Shown here: positions 53,326 to 63,233 of the stretch, piece after piece
Layout: each line of letters begins with the position of its first letter
Position numbering within the stretch: position 1 is the stretch's first letter
Assembly: GCA_000146045.2 (NCBI GenBank)
Contig: BK006949.2
Span: 736,001 to 800,000, forward strand
Reading direction: 5' to 3'
From: TPA_inf: Saccharomyces
Taxonomy: Eukaryota
Length of the DNA stretch: 64,000 bases
Program-made: the position numbers and the translations under genes
Notes under the pieces: model-generated
The model's input: only the letters and a program-made list of their open reading frames with translations
What the model was told of the DNA's origin: nothing
Database searches by the model: none

Positions 53326-53756
53326 CCCAGTTTTCACCTGGCCCATTAAACCGCACGATACACTCTCCGCTACTCTCGCCAACATTCTTTTTATACATAC
53401 TTGCACGAAACTGCTTTTTTAGCAATGAAAAGAAAATGTAGTGAACTCTACTATAGATTTTGTACATAAGATAAATAAAATACACTACTATATGAAATTT
53501 TTGTTTGTAAAGCTGGTGTTTGCACACATAGATAGTATCAACGTAGGGGATCAACACATGCACGACTACTAGAAGCCTTACCCGTAACTTCTTGCATATC
53601 TGCTTTGCCAATATTTTTTTTTAAAGTTATTTCTTAAACTACTCCTCGTGCTGTCCACATTTTTACCCGTTAGTTGTTAGACAAAAAAAAAGCGCAACTA
53701 TCTCCCTTTTGCGCATCTCCCAAGTCCTTTACCAAATATATTAGAAGAATGACACC

Positions 53757-53789
53757 CGGCCGAGACGGATGAAGCGGCCGTCTCGGCCG
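53757..53789. promoter_or_regulatory. Perfect 12-bp inverted repeat, CGGCCGAGACGG-N9-CCGTCTCGGCCG. It is GC-rich in an AT-rich intergenic region, about 300 bp upstream of YPR127W.
   Basis: Direct reading: cggccgagacgg atgaagcgg ccgtctcggccg. The CGG...CCG palindromic architecture is typical of Zn2Cys6 binuclear-cluster factor sites. Confidence 0.45.
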
Positions 53790-54082
53790 CCTTAGGAAGG
53801 GATCTGCGTTTTTGTTCGTTAATGAGGTAATCAAGGGCGTACTTGGTAGAACGGTACTAAGTTAATCATTGCTGCTCTCCCTCAAAATTACTCAAAGAAT
53901 AGAGTGTCTATTGAACCGTAGAATAGGCATTTATTATATAAGGGGTTGTCAATTTACCAAATTTTTTACTTCATCTCAGGACTCTCTCTTAAAATTATTT
54001 TCCTTGCCATTTTCTATGTTATGTAGAATAGAAAAACAGGTACATATTAACTAAAATATACACCAAAAAAAGTAAAAATAAA

Positions 54083-55120
54083 ATGTCTGTCGCCGATTTG
54101 AAAAACAACATCCACAAGTTAGATACTGGCTATGGTTTAATGAGTTTGACTTGGAGAGCCGAGCCTATCCCTCAGTCGCAGGCTTTCGAGGCCATGCACA
54201 GAGTGGTTGAGTTATCCAGAGAACGTGGGCACAAGGCCTTTTTCAACGTTGGTGAATTCTATGGTCCCGATTTTATTAATTTGTCGTATGTTCACGACTT
54301 CTTTGCGAAATACCCAGATTTGAGAAAGGATGTGGTTATCAGTTGTAAAGGTGGTGCAGACAATGCTACCTTAACCCCCAGAGGCAGTCACGATGATGTT
54401 GTACAAAGCGTAAAGAATTCAGTTAGTGCTATTGGTGGCTACATCGACATCTTCGAAGTCGCAAGAATCGACACTTCCCTATGCACGAAAGGAGAGGTCT
54501 ACCCCTACGAATCGTTCGAAGCGCTTGCTGAGATGATCTCCGAAGGCGTTATTGGCGGTATTTCATTAAGTGAAGTTAATGAAGAGCAAATTAGAGCTAT
54601 TCACAAGGATTGGGGAAAGTTTTTGACCTGCGTTGAAGTGGAACTTTCTTTGTTCAGTAATGACATTTTACACAACGGAATTGCTAAAACATGTGCTGAA
54701 TTGGGGTTGTCCATCATCTGCTACTCCCCACTGGGCAGAGGATTGTTGACAGGTCAATTGAAGTCAAACGCTGATATCCCTGAGGGTGACTTTAGAAAGT
54801 CGTTAAAGAGATTTAGCGACGAGTCTTTGAAAAAAAACCTGACCTTGGTCAGGTTTCTACAGGAAGAAATAGTCGACAAGCGCCCACAAAACAACTCCAT
54901 TACTCTTGCACAACTGGCTTTGGGATGGGTTAAGCACTGGAACAAAGTTCCGGAATACAGTGGCGCCAAATTTATCCCAATTCCAAGTGGCTCTTCTATT
55001 TCCAAGGTTAATGAAAACTTTGATGAACAGAAAACCAAACTTACCGATCAAGAGTTCAATGCCATTAACAAATATTTGACTACTTTCCATACTGTTGGTG
55101 ACAGATACGAAATGGCGTAA
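54083..55120 (+). CDS. Aldo-keto reductase (pyridoxine 4-dehydrogenase-like) YPR127W.
   Basis: 345-aa ORF, the same length as YPR127W. AKR-fold sequence features. Confidence 0.8.
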   Translation: MSVADLKNNIHKLDTGYGLMSLTWRAEPIPQSQAFEAMHRVVELSRERGHKAFFNVGEFYGPDFINLSYVHDFFAKYPDLRKDVVISCKGGADNATLTPRGSHDDVVQSVKNSVSAIGGYIDIFEVARIDTSLCTKGEVYPYESFEALAEMISEGVIGGISLSEVNEEQIRAIHKDWGKFLTCVEVELSLFSNDILHNGIAKTCAELGLSIICYSPLGRGLLTGQLKSNADIPEGDFRKSLKRFSDESLKKNLTLVRFLQEEIVDKRPQNNSITLAQLALGWVKHWNKVPEYSGAKFIPIPSGSSISKVNENFDEQKTKLTDQEFNAINKYLTTFHTVGDRYEMA

Positions 55121-55217
55121 GGTTAAAAAAGTGAATCTCCATTGTTTATATAAATTTTAAATTTGATATGTAAAGATTCTAAACGCAATGTGCTTATTTC
55201 AGTAATAGTAAGGATTC

Positions 55218-56204
55218 TCAAGTGGAAGCCAGCTTGCGTTGTCCGTTGTGCTTTAGGAAAAAAGAAGAGTACAAGAATATTAGCCTCTTTAAAGATTTTG
55301 TCAATTCTCCTCTGAAAGCAAACAACAGACCTTGCACAATGACACCCTTTGTCAATTGAGGAAGAACTCCCTTCCAAAGAGATTTTAACCCTTCATTTTT
55401 GTACAAGTATAGTAGCGCTTCTTGGAAAGTAGTGAATTTAGAGCCAGCGCTTTGAAGCATTGCTTTAGCGACAATCAAGGGTTGCGTAACTAGAGTCGAA
55501 ATCATCTTGGAAAGGACACCCAAAATGAAATTTTGCACTGCTGACAAACTGCCAGCATCGTTGGAATGGTCATGGAAAAAAACTTCTTTAAGTCTTTGAA
55601 AAGAGGCATATGTGATGGAAGGATTTATCGTCAATGCTAAACCTGTTCTTAAACCTTTCCAAAAAGCAGTTATGTCCCCATTATTTTCACGGTAAATGTC
55701 CTTAATAACGTTGGTAAATTTGGCAGACTCTGCAGAATGGACTGTTTGTTGTCTTGTAGCTACCACAGCCATGGGACTAGTAAAAAGTTGCGATATACTG
55801 GCAGCTGCTACCCCAAGTACCAATTCTTCAATCGTAGAAGGTGTGATAGGACCATCGCGGTTTTTCAGTGATTGCAGTCCTAACAGCTTATGTTTCATGT
55901 AGGACTTTCTGATAAATGTGTACCAAAAGAAATAAACAAAATTCTGGACAAATGTGGCCACCGTAGTGACTGTCATACCTTGATACAGACCCAAAATACC
56001 CTTTTCTTTGAATATGTTTATCATGCAATCTACAACATTCTTATATCTCCTATTGGGCAAAACTTTACCTTCGTTACTATCCTCACTTGAAGAAGGAGAT
56101 ACTTGTGACTGAATGATCGTCTTCGATAAATCCAGCGGATAAACTGCAATATTGGCCATTGCCGAAGCCACAGCGCCAGTTAATGCAGACTCTAGAGTTA
56201 ACAT
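55218..56204 (-). CDS. ANT1: Peroxisomal adenine-nucleotide transporter (mitochondrial carrier family).
   Basis: 328-aa ORF, the same length as YPR128C. Three carrier repeats with Px[D/E]xx[K/R]-like signatures. Confidence 0.85.
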   Translation of the reverse strand: MLTLESALTGAVASAMANIAVYPLDLSKTIIQSQVSPSSSEDSNEGKVLPNRRYKNVVDCMINIFKEKGILGLYQGMTVTTVATFVQNFVYFFWYTFIRKSYMKHKLLGLQSLKNRDGPITPSTIEELVLGVAAASISQLFTSPMAVVATRQQTVHSAESAKFTNVIKDIYRENNGDITAFWKGLRTGLALTINPSITYASFQRLKEVFFHDHSNDAGSLSAVQNFILGVLSKMISTLVTQPLIVAKAMLQSAGSKFTTFQEALLYLYKNEGLKSLWKGVLPQLTKGVIVQGLLFAFRGELTKSLKRLIFLYSSFFLKHNGQRKLAST

Positions 56205-56354
56205 TGATGATATGCTCGTAACAATCTTGGCCTAGCTTCCAGGGTGTCTGTACTTTTACGCAGCATCATATTTTCTCTATTTTTTGCACATCTTCTTGCT
56301 CTTCTTATATTTACCAATTATCTGAAATAGTCACTCGGACCGAGATGCAAAAAT

Positions 56355-56374
56355 CGGATTTAAAACTCGATCCG
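56355..56374 (-). promoter_or_regulatory. Candidate oleate-response element (ORE-like, CGGNNNTNA-N8-CCG) about 150 bp upstream of ANT1.
   Basis: CGGATTTAAAACTCGATCCG. The spacing is one nt shorter than the canonical CGGN3TNAN9-12CCG. ANT1 is a known Oaf1/Pip2-induced gene. Confidence 0.35.
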
Positions 56375-56686
56375 AGGAGAACACCAAATGACACAACTTC
56401 TATCAATGCAATTGCCCTCTAAGTATCATAGATGCCGCTATTTTAAATGACAGTGCAATCGATTTCCATATTAAATGGATAAAGGTGTTTATTATGAAGA
56501 TACCCATTACTGACGTATATGTAATGATTCCTCAGTCCAGTACCATAGTCCCGTCACCTTACACGGTGGAAAAATTAAACTGTACCCGCGATTGTAAAGA
56601 ATAACGTGGAGGCAGTCAGAAAGAACAATAAACGAATAGTGAGGATGTCGTAGAAGAAGCATTCATCGAAAAACAGCAGCAAGGCA

Positions 56687-57736
56687 ATGTCGCAGTACAT
56701 CGGTAAAACTATTTCTTTAATCTCTGTGACTGACAACAGATATGTGGGGCTGTTAGAAGATATTGACTCTGAAAAGGGTACCGTGACTTTGAAAGAAGTT
56801 CGCTGTTTTGGTACAGAAGGTCGCAAGAACTGGGGTCCTGAAGAAATTTATCCGAATCCTACGGTATACAATTCTGTAAAGTTCAACGGCAGTGAAGTCA
56901 AGGATTTAAGCATTTTAGATGCTAACATCAATGACATACAGCCGGTTGTTCCTCAAATGATGCCACCCGCTTCACAATTCCCTCCTCAACAAGCTCAATC
57001 TCCACCCCAGGCTCAAGCTCAAGCACACGTGCAAACAAACCCCCAAGTTCCAAAGCCCGAATCCAATGTGCCAGCAGCTGTCGCTGGATATGGTGTTTAC
57101 ACCCCAACTTCGACAGAAACCGCTACTGCTAGTATGAATGATAAGAGCACTCCTCAAGACACCAATGTAAACTCGCAAAGTAGGGAAAGAGGTAAAAATG
57201 GTGAAAATGAGCCAAAATATCAAAGAAACAAGAATAGATCAAGTAATCGCCCTCCTCAATCCAACCGCAATTTCAAAGTCGATATTCCGAATGAAGATTT
57301 TGACTTTCAATCAAATAATGCAAAATTCACGAAAGGTGATTCCACTGATGTGGAAAAAGAAAAAGAATTAGAATCAGCTGTTCACAAGCAGGATGAATCT
57401 GATGAGCAGTTTTATAATAAAAAATCGTCTTTTTTCGACACCATCTCCACTTCTACTGAAACTAATACCAATATGAGATGGCAAGAAGAAAAAATGTTGA
57501 ACGTTGACACCTTTGGACAAGCTTCTGCCAGACCAAGATTTCACTCTAGAGGCCTCGGTCGTGGGCGTGGAAATTATAGGGGAAACAGAGGAAACAGAGG
57601 AAGAGGCGGCCAACGTGGAAACTACCAAAACAGAAATAACTACCAAAATGATAGTGGCGCCTATCAGAACCAAAACGACTCGTACAGCAGACCAGCCAAC
57701 CAGTTTTCGCAACCTCCTTCCAACGTTGAATTTTAA
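56687..57736 (+). CDS. SCD6: Lsm/FDF/RGG-domain translational repressor and decapping activator.
   Basis: 349-aa ORF, the same length as YPR129W. An N-terminal Lsm-like fold and a C-terminal RGG repeat tract ([25 protein letters not shown]). Confidence 0.9.
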
Positions 57737-57910
57737 AATGATGTTTCTATGTAAATTAAGTATATCATTCAGTATGTACATACAAAAATCAAATTAATAG
57801 TATTATAGTCCGCGCCTCTGGATAGTATTATTTTAGTGCGTATCGCAAAATATGAATAGCACAGAGGTTCATTATTATGTTCTGAGTATGAGGACGAGGT
57901 AATACATACC

Positions 57911-58498
57911 TTAAAATCTTACATCATGTGGATAGCATTTATGGCTTCTTCCATCCGGCCGTACGCTTCTGTTCCTGTCCCTAGCCATAGCTTTTCTCAT
58001 ATCAAAAGCATCTTTATTGTCATCTACTTTTTTCAGGGTATCTGGATACCCATCTTCAGCTGAGTTATAATATCCCACCACTCTCCTGTAGACACTGTAT
58101 CCCAATTTTTCGTAAAGTTTGATGGCCAATTGGTTATTGCACTTGACGAAAAGATCGATAAAGTTGACTTCATGGGGCATGACATCGGTCATGGTCTCCA
58201 AAGTATTACATAACTTCGAAGCTAGCGATATTCGGCGGAATCTTGGAGCTACTGTCACTGCAGTTATATGAGTGTGCCACTCCGTGGTCTTGCCTTCTGT
58301 TTTTGCCATCATGTAACCAGAGATATTATGCTTAAATGTAGGATCAACAGTCATTTCTGAACTTTTGAAAAAAAGGTCTGGCCATATTATCATGTATTCA
58401 AAATAAAACTCTAAAGGGAAGTTTTCTGTTAAGATATCAAGGTTGACATTGTTAGTTTTGAATAAATCGACAGGTTCAAAAGGCTGAATTGTTGTCAT
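57911..58498 (-). CDS. NAT3: NatB N-terminal acetyltransferase catalytic subunit.
   Basis: The ORF track gives 270 aa with an upstream extension. Trimming to MTTIQPFEPVDLFK gives 195 aa, the length of YPR131C. GNAT acetyl-CoA motif (VAPRFRRISLASKL). Confidence 0.85.
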   Translation of the reverse strand: MTTIQPFEPVDLFKTNNVNLDILTENFPLEFYFEYMIIWPDLFFKSSEMTVDPTFKHNISGYMMAKTEGKTTEWHTHITAVTVAPRFRRISLASKLCNTLETMTDVMPHEVNFIDLFVKCNNQLAIKLYEKLGYSVYRRVVGYYNSAEDGYPDTLKKVDDNKDAFDMRKAMARDRNRSVRPDGRSHKCYPHDVRF

Positions 58499-58654
58499 TT
58501 CTCGAATCCTCCTGTCTCTTTCCTTGAATATTCTCAATGTTCCACTATCTTTCACATAAGCAATATTGTGAACTATATATACTTCATTAGATATTGCTTC
58601 AACATTAATATTAATAAAAAGGACATGCATAAAGTAACATCCGAACATCTCCAA

Positions 58655-58666
58655 ACACCCATACAT
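58655..58666 (+). promoter_or_regulatory. Rap1 binding site (ACACCCATACAT) in the NAT3/RPS23B divergent promoter.
   Basis: caaACACCCATACATattt matches the ribosomal-protein-gene Rap1 consensus ACACCCRYACAYM. It lies about 300 bp upstream of the RPS23B ATG. Confidence 0.7.
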
Positions 58667-58964
58667 ATTTATATTATCGACGAGGGAATTTTTTTCTTCC
58701 CAGGCCCACCAACGTGCGCCCACCGCTATGTTTTTTGCGCCTAGGTAGGTGGGCTAGCTTCTATGTATCAAAGCTCCTTCTGCGCAGCCGAGGTTTTGCT
58801 AAGCACTACCGCATTGGAATGACTGTGTTTGTAGGAGCTCCTTGTCTCCACGCTTTCGCAATTTTCAAGATCGAGATACTATTAGTGATGGTAAGGTTAT
58901 GAAGCTTACATGTTTAATATTGTAGATTCCAGAAGCAGGTAAGAACAACAAACTACAAGAAAAG

Positions 58965-59029
58965 ATGGGTAAAGGTAAGCCAAGAGGTTTGAACTCCGCT
59001 AGAAAGTTGCGTGTCCACAGAAGAAACAA
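58965..59029 (+). CDS. RPS23B: Ribosomal protein S23 (uS12), exon 1 (codons 1-21 plus 2 nt).
   Basis: ATGGGTAAAGGTAAGCCAAGAGGTTTGAACTCCGCTAGAAAGTTGCGTGTCCACAGAAGAAACAA|GTATGT. The exon encodes MGKGKPRGLNSARKLRVHRRN(N) and ends at the canonical GTATGT 5' splice site. Confidence 0.85.
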
Positions 59030-59394
59030 GTATGTACAATTATAGAAGATTGCACTATGGTTGAAAGATTTTCATAATAAGTAGAAGAAAGGATCGGCCA
59101 TTGCTACCATGAAATGAGTTGGAAGCTTGAAAAAGTAAGGGAGAATAATTTTGCAAGAAACTAGGGTAGGGCTACTTAATTTATTATAGCCATTTGAATT
59201 CATCAGCTTTTAGGAGGAGAAAGGCCATTTTGCGAATTTTGAATAAGAAAGTCCACAAGTGATGAAACTGAAAATCTACAATGAATTTCTGCCATCTCAG
59301 ATAATGAATTCACTACGAGAACCTCATTTACTAACAAATTTATTAATCTTTTTGATGAAACTATGTTTTGTCAAAAGTTAATCGTTTAAAACAG
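59030..59394 (+). other. RPS23B: RPS23B spliceosomal intron (365 nt).
   Basis: 5' splice site GTATGT at 59030, branch point TACTAAC at 59329-59335, and 3' splice site AAAACAG| ending at 59394. Joining the exons restores ...[27 protein letters not shown].... Confidence 0.85.
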
Positions 59395-59767
59395 CCGTTG
59401 GGCCGAAAACAACTATAAGAAGAGATTATTGGGTACTGCCTTCAAGTCTTCTCCATTCGGTGGTTCTTCTCACGCCAAGGGTATTGTCTTGGAAAAGTTG
59501 GGTATCGAATCCAAGCAACCTAACTCTGCTATCAGAAAGTGTGTTAGAGTTCAATTAATCAAGAACGGTAAGAAGGTTACTGCTTTCGTTCCAAACGATG
59601 GTTGTTTGAACTTTGTCGATGAAAATGACGAAGTCTTGCTAGCCGGTTTCGGTAGAAAGGGTAAGGCTAAGGGTGATATTCCAGGTGTTAGATTCAAGGT
59701 CGTTAAGGTCTCTGGTGTCTCCTTGTTGGCTTTGTGGAAGGAAAAGAAGGAAAAGCCAAGATCTTAA
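59395..59767 (+). CDS. RPS23B: Ribosomal protein S23 (uS12), exon 2 through the stop codon.
   Basis: Frame C|CGT TGG GCC GAA AAC AAC TAT AAG AAG AGA TTA TTG GGT ACT GCC ... ending KEKKEKPRS*. The ORF-track entry 59429-59767 is the Met-initiated sub-part of this exon. Confidence 0.85.
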
Positions 59768-59977
59768 GCAGAGTTATATTACGATTTCATAATTCGAAAA
59801 ATTCTACTGTGTATGTATATGTTTAAGAGATTAAATAATTCTTCAAAATCATCAAACATCAAGCTTATTTAATAATCCTCTTAATAAAACCACCTAGTGT
59901 TATTTCGAATTTCTTAAACAAAAAACACATACATATGATACATATCTCAAAGCATTACGGAATTACCTGTTTTGTTA

Positions 59978-61210
59978 TTATTTATGCTTCTTGTTTAATC
60001 TTGAAGTCAACCTCTTGTACATCTCACTATTGTTTAAAGTGGAACCAACACCAACTGCTCTTGCGTTTGTAGGTACTGCGCTAAGGTTACTCACAGGAGC
60101 ATACTTGTAATCAGTAGTGGTTTGTGCTGGTGCGGCAGCCCTGTTTCTCCTTGCAGCAGCTTGTTCGTACAAGGTTTGTACCGAAGAACCACGAGAGGTA
60201 GGATCTTCACCAGACTTAGATTTCTTTTTCCTATTTTTGGCAGAATCCATAACGGATTTCTTTCTCAATTTTTCAGAATCAAACTCTAATTGCATTATTC
60301 TCTTATCTCTGTAGTTATCTGAAGCACCAATAATAGGTCTTGTCCACTCCGCAATTAATTTTTCAGCCAACCTAGCTAGTTGAGCTTCGACACGCTTGGA
60401 CTTTGTATAAAAGATAACTACTCTCCCCAAACCACTCTCCTTCAGGTGTTCAGTTTTCACTGGTAGATCGTTTAAAGCTGCAAAGAGTGACTTTTGAATC
60501 TCAAAAGATGGCAGAGACCCATCAGGTAAGGGTTCCAACCATATTCTGACACTTTGAAGTAAGTTATTATCCAAAATGGTGTCTGCCAAGTTTGCCTTTG
60601 ACAGTACGCTTACCACCTTCGGCAACAATTTGACCTTCTGCATGGCAATCAGCGAAGTATCTCCAGTTTCTATTCTCTTATTTAAAGTATCGATGTCCAA
60701 CTGTGCTGCAATATTCATTTCGTCTTTAAGCCTTAGAATTTTTTCATCCAAGTACTGTTCTAAATCGTCTTCATCCCTCCTCGTTCTTCTAACCTTTGGT
60801 TTTTTCAATATACGGTCCAGTTTTTCTTCCAATTCCTGTCTACTACTTGGAGTAGCACTTGAATCTCTATCTTTACTAGCCCTATTTTCCACCGTTGGTT
60901 GAAGACTCTGATCATTATGCTCCTCCTTTTCTAGGTCGTCATCTGAGAAATCTGTGCTAATGTGCTTACGTTTCCTTTCTGCAGCTTCTACGTTACTATT
61001 TTCGTCTATTGCGGCTTCCTCGTTCTTTTCTCCGTTATCTGGGTCTTTAGTATCATTGGAGGTACCTTTTGAAGTTTCTTGGGGTTCCATACTTTGATTT
61101 TGTTTTGTATTTTCATTCTCAGCGTTTATAGTTGACTTTTGGGAGGAAGCTGTCCCATCTTCTGGTGTCGCTTCCACCACTTTGGGTTGTTCTTGATCGG
61201 CTGTACTCAT
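59978..61210 (-). CDS. SPN1: Spt6-interacting transcription elongation factor (Iws1 homologue).
   Basis: 410-aa ORF, the same length as YPR133C. An acidic N-terminus and a conserved TFIIS-N-like core. Confidence 0.9.
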   Translation of the reverse strand: MSTADQEQPKVVEATPEDGTASSQKSTINAENENTKQNQSMEPQETSKGTSNDTKDPDNGEKNEEAAIDENSNVEAAERKRKHISTDFSDDDLEKEEHNDQSLQPTVENRASKDRDSSATPSSRQELEEKLDRILKKPKVRRTRRDEDDLEQYLDEKILRLKDEMNIAAQLDIDTLNKRIETGDTSLIAMQKVKLLPKVVSVLSKANLADTILDNNLLQSVRIWLEPLPDGSLPSFEIQKSLFAALNDLPVKTEHLKESGLGRVVIFYTKSKRVEAQLARLAEKLIAEWTRPIIGASDNYRDKRIMQLEFDSEKLRKKSVMDSAKNRKKKSKSGEDPTSRGSSVQTLYEQAAARRNRAAAPAQTTTDYKYAPVSNLSAVPTNARAVGVGSTLNNSEMYKRLTSRLNKKHK

Positions 61211-61556
61211 TGCTAATTGATATGTTTTTGCCTTTTATTACTAAAAGTTCCTCTATATATACTTCAGAGGACAATAAACTCCCTTGATATGGCCTGCATA
61301 TACTTTACAAGTGCTATCAAACAAAGATGCTGGGCAATGAAGCTGACAGTTAACTCTTCCAAAACTTCCCTTCAAAGAAATTGTGAGAGAAAAAAACCTT
61401 CTTGTTACCCTTCTTTGGAAGAATACCGCACATCATAAAATCAAGAAATGAATTCGAAAGTTTACTCTTTCTTTCTAGAGGCGTTACACCAATATTAGCG
61501 AATTGCAGTTTCCCACAAAAGGCGTCCATTGGCATCAAATAACTAGATAGTATAAA

Positions 61557-61709
61557 ATGTTTGGTCTACCTCAACAGGAAGTCTCCGAAGAGGAGAAAAG
61601 AGCTCATCAAGAACAAACTGAGAAAACCTTGAAACAGGCCGCTTATGTGGCTGCGTTTCTTTGGGTTTCCCCAATGATCTGGCATTTGGTGAAAAAGCAA
61701 TGGAAATAA
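61557..61709 (+). CDS. TOM5: Small TOM-complex subunit Tom5 (50 aa). It is below the 60-aa ORF-track cutoff.
   Basis: ATGTTTGGTCTACCTCAACAGGAAGTC... translates to MFGLPQQEVSEEEKRAHQEQTEKTLKQAAYVAAFLWVSPMIWHLVKKQWK*. A C-terminal transmembrane anchor is present. Position between SPN1 and MSS18 matches YPR133W-A. Confidence 0.85.
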   Translation: MFGLPQQEVSEEEKRAHQEQTEKTLKQAAYVAAFLWVSPMIWHLVKKQWK

Positions 61710-62050
61710 TTCCCCACTGAAGAAAAAAGATTGCATCTATGAATGACACTAAAATATGTTTCTCTTTTTGTATTTGCTTTTGATTAAATAATGGTCAATT
61801 TGCGCCCCCCACCTTATATAGTTTAGAGAAAGACGTGTAAATATTTTTTAAAAAATTGATACTGCTCTAATGAGCCTAAATCTCCTTTCTTCGCTTGTAT
61901 ATATGCGTATTCTGTATGTTTGTCCAGGCAGATTTTTCGGCTTTTTTTACCAGCTTTTATTATTAAAATGTGATAACCTTAATTGAAGGTTGCGATACAA
62001 AATAATCCTTTATTACGCATAACCAAGGAAAAGAGAAAATCAGTGCACAT

Positions 62051-62857
62051 ATGGGTTTACCTGAAGTTAACTTTCTTCGAAAAAACTGCATACTTGTGGA
62101 GTTAAAATTATTCTATCAAACAGTATACCCACCGAAGGAACTATATTGGAATAACCGAATAACTGCAGAATTGAGTACATTCTCCAATATTAAGTATGCA
62201 AGGCCGACTTTCGCAGTAAATAATGGCACATTTCAGAGAACAAGACCGAAATTAGACTTGGTACTGGCTTCATCTGATATTCGTAAGCTGGCTACGGTTT
62301 TATTTAATTTAAAAGCTCTCATAATGAATACGAAGGGTGAGGAACCCACTCTAACCACGATGACTAGTGTCCAAACGAACGAAGAGAAAAATGATAACCT
62401 GGAACAGAAATATTCAAGTCTGCTAGATAGATGGAATGGGAAAGTAGAAGTGCATGATTCTCCTTTCCTTCAACTCCAACGGGACAGCAACCTTTTGTTT
62501 GCTGAGAGGCCGGTACGTTACGTTAGCACTACAGAAGGTGAAGGCGTGGACATATCTAGTGAAGAGTTTTTCAGGTTAGAGGAAGAACAGTGCCGAAGGA
62601 ATTATGATGTTTTGGTCGATGAACATTCTACACCATCAGTCGGGATGAAAGACGGCCAATACGGACCAAATATAATTCACTTTGAACCGTCGCTGTACCA
62701 CACATATTCTTCTCTACCAATGAGTATGAAATTTTGGTTAAATGGTCTAGAAGACGACGAAACGACGATGATGAACATTGATGAGAAGTCAGCCGAAAAT
62801 CTGGATATATTATTACATGGTTTCAAAGGATTTTCGAACAAGCGCGTTAAAGGATGA
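62051..62857 (+). CDS. MSS18: Nuclear-encoded protein needed for splicing of a mitochondrial COX1 intron.
   Basis: 268-aa ORF, the same length as YPR134W. Confidence 0.8.
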   Translation: MGLPEVNFLRKNCILVELKLFYQTVYPPKELYWNNRITAELSTFSNIKYARPTFAVNNGTFQRTRPKLDLVLASSDIRKLATVLFNLKALIMNTKGEEPTLTTMTSVQTNEEKNDNLEQKYSSLLDRWNGKVEVHDSPFLQLQRDSNLLFAERPVRYVSTTEGEGVDISSEEFFRLEEEQCRRNYDVLVDEHSTPSVGMKDGQYGPNIIHFEPSLYHTYSSLPMSMKFWLNGLEDDETTMMNIDEKSAENLDILLHGFKGFSNKRVKG

Positions 62858-63233
62858 ATTAATCATCCTCTTCATGTACTACTTATGTCCAATTTGAGTG
62901 TAAAATCACAGGTACAAGGCTTATCCATATTCGTATATATCTTCATAATGTTTCATAATTGCTTCAGAAAATTATTCAAAACGTCTTGTGATATTCATTA
63001 GGTGAAATCGTAGTTTGCCTGATACTTGAAAGAATCTCACCTGGAGAATGGGTGTTTTCACTAAGATTCGTTAATTTCCACTAATGATTAATTGTTAACT
63101 GTTTAACGCGACGCGTAATAAAGTTTCCTGAATACGCCAACATATGGGAACATATAGATTAAATTAATAAGAAAGCTTGGGAAAAATAATTGAGAAGGGC
63201 AAGAAGTGACGTAAATATACTAGACGTACTATT

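Noticed and set aside
53004-53406. Two overlapping minus-strand ORFs (103 and 109 aa) antisense to the YLH47 3' end (YPR126C position).
   Set aside because: They are entirely antisense to a well-supported conserved gene and their composition is Ser/Cys/Leu-rich nonsense, so they are dubious.
57374-57781. 135-aa minus-strand ORF antisense to SCD6 (YPR130C position).
   Set aside because: It is antisense to the RGG tract and C-terminus of SCD6 and its composition is low-complexity. It is dubious.
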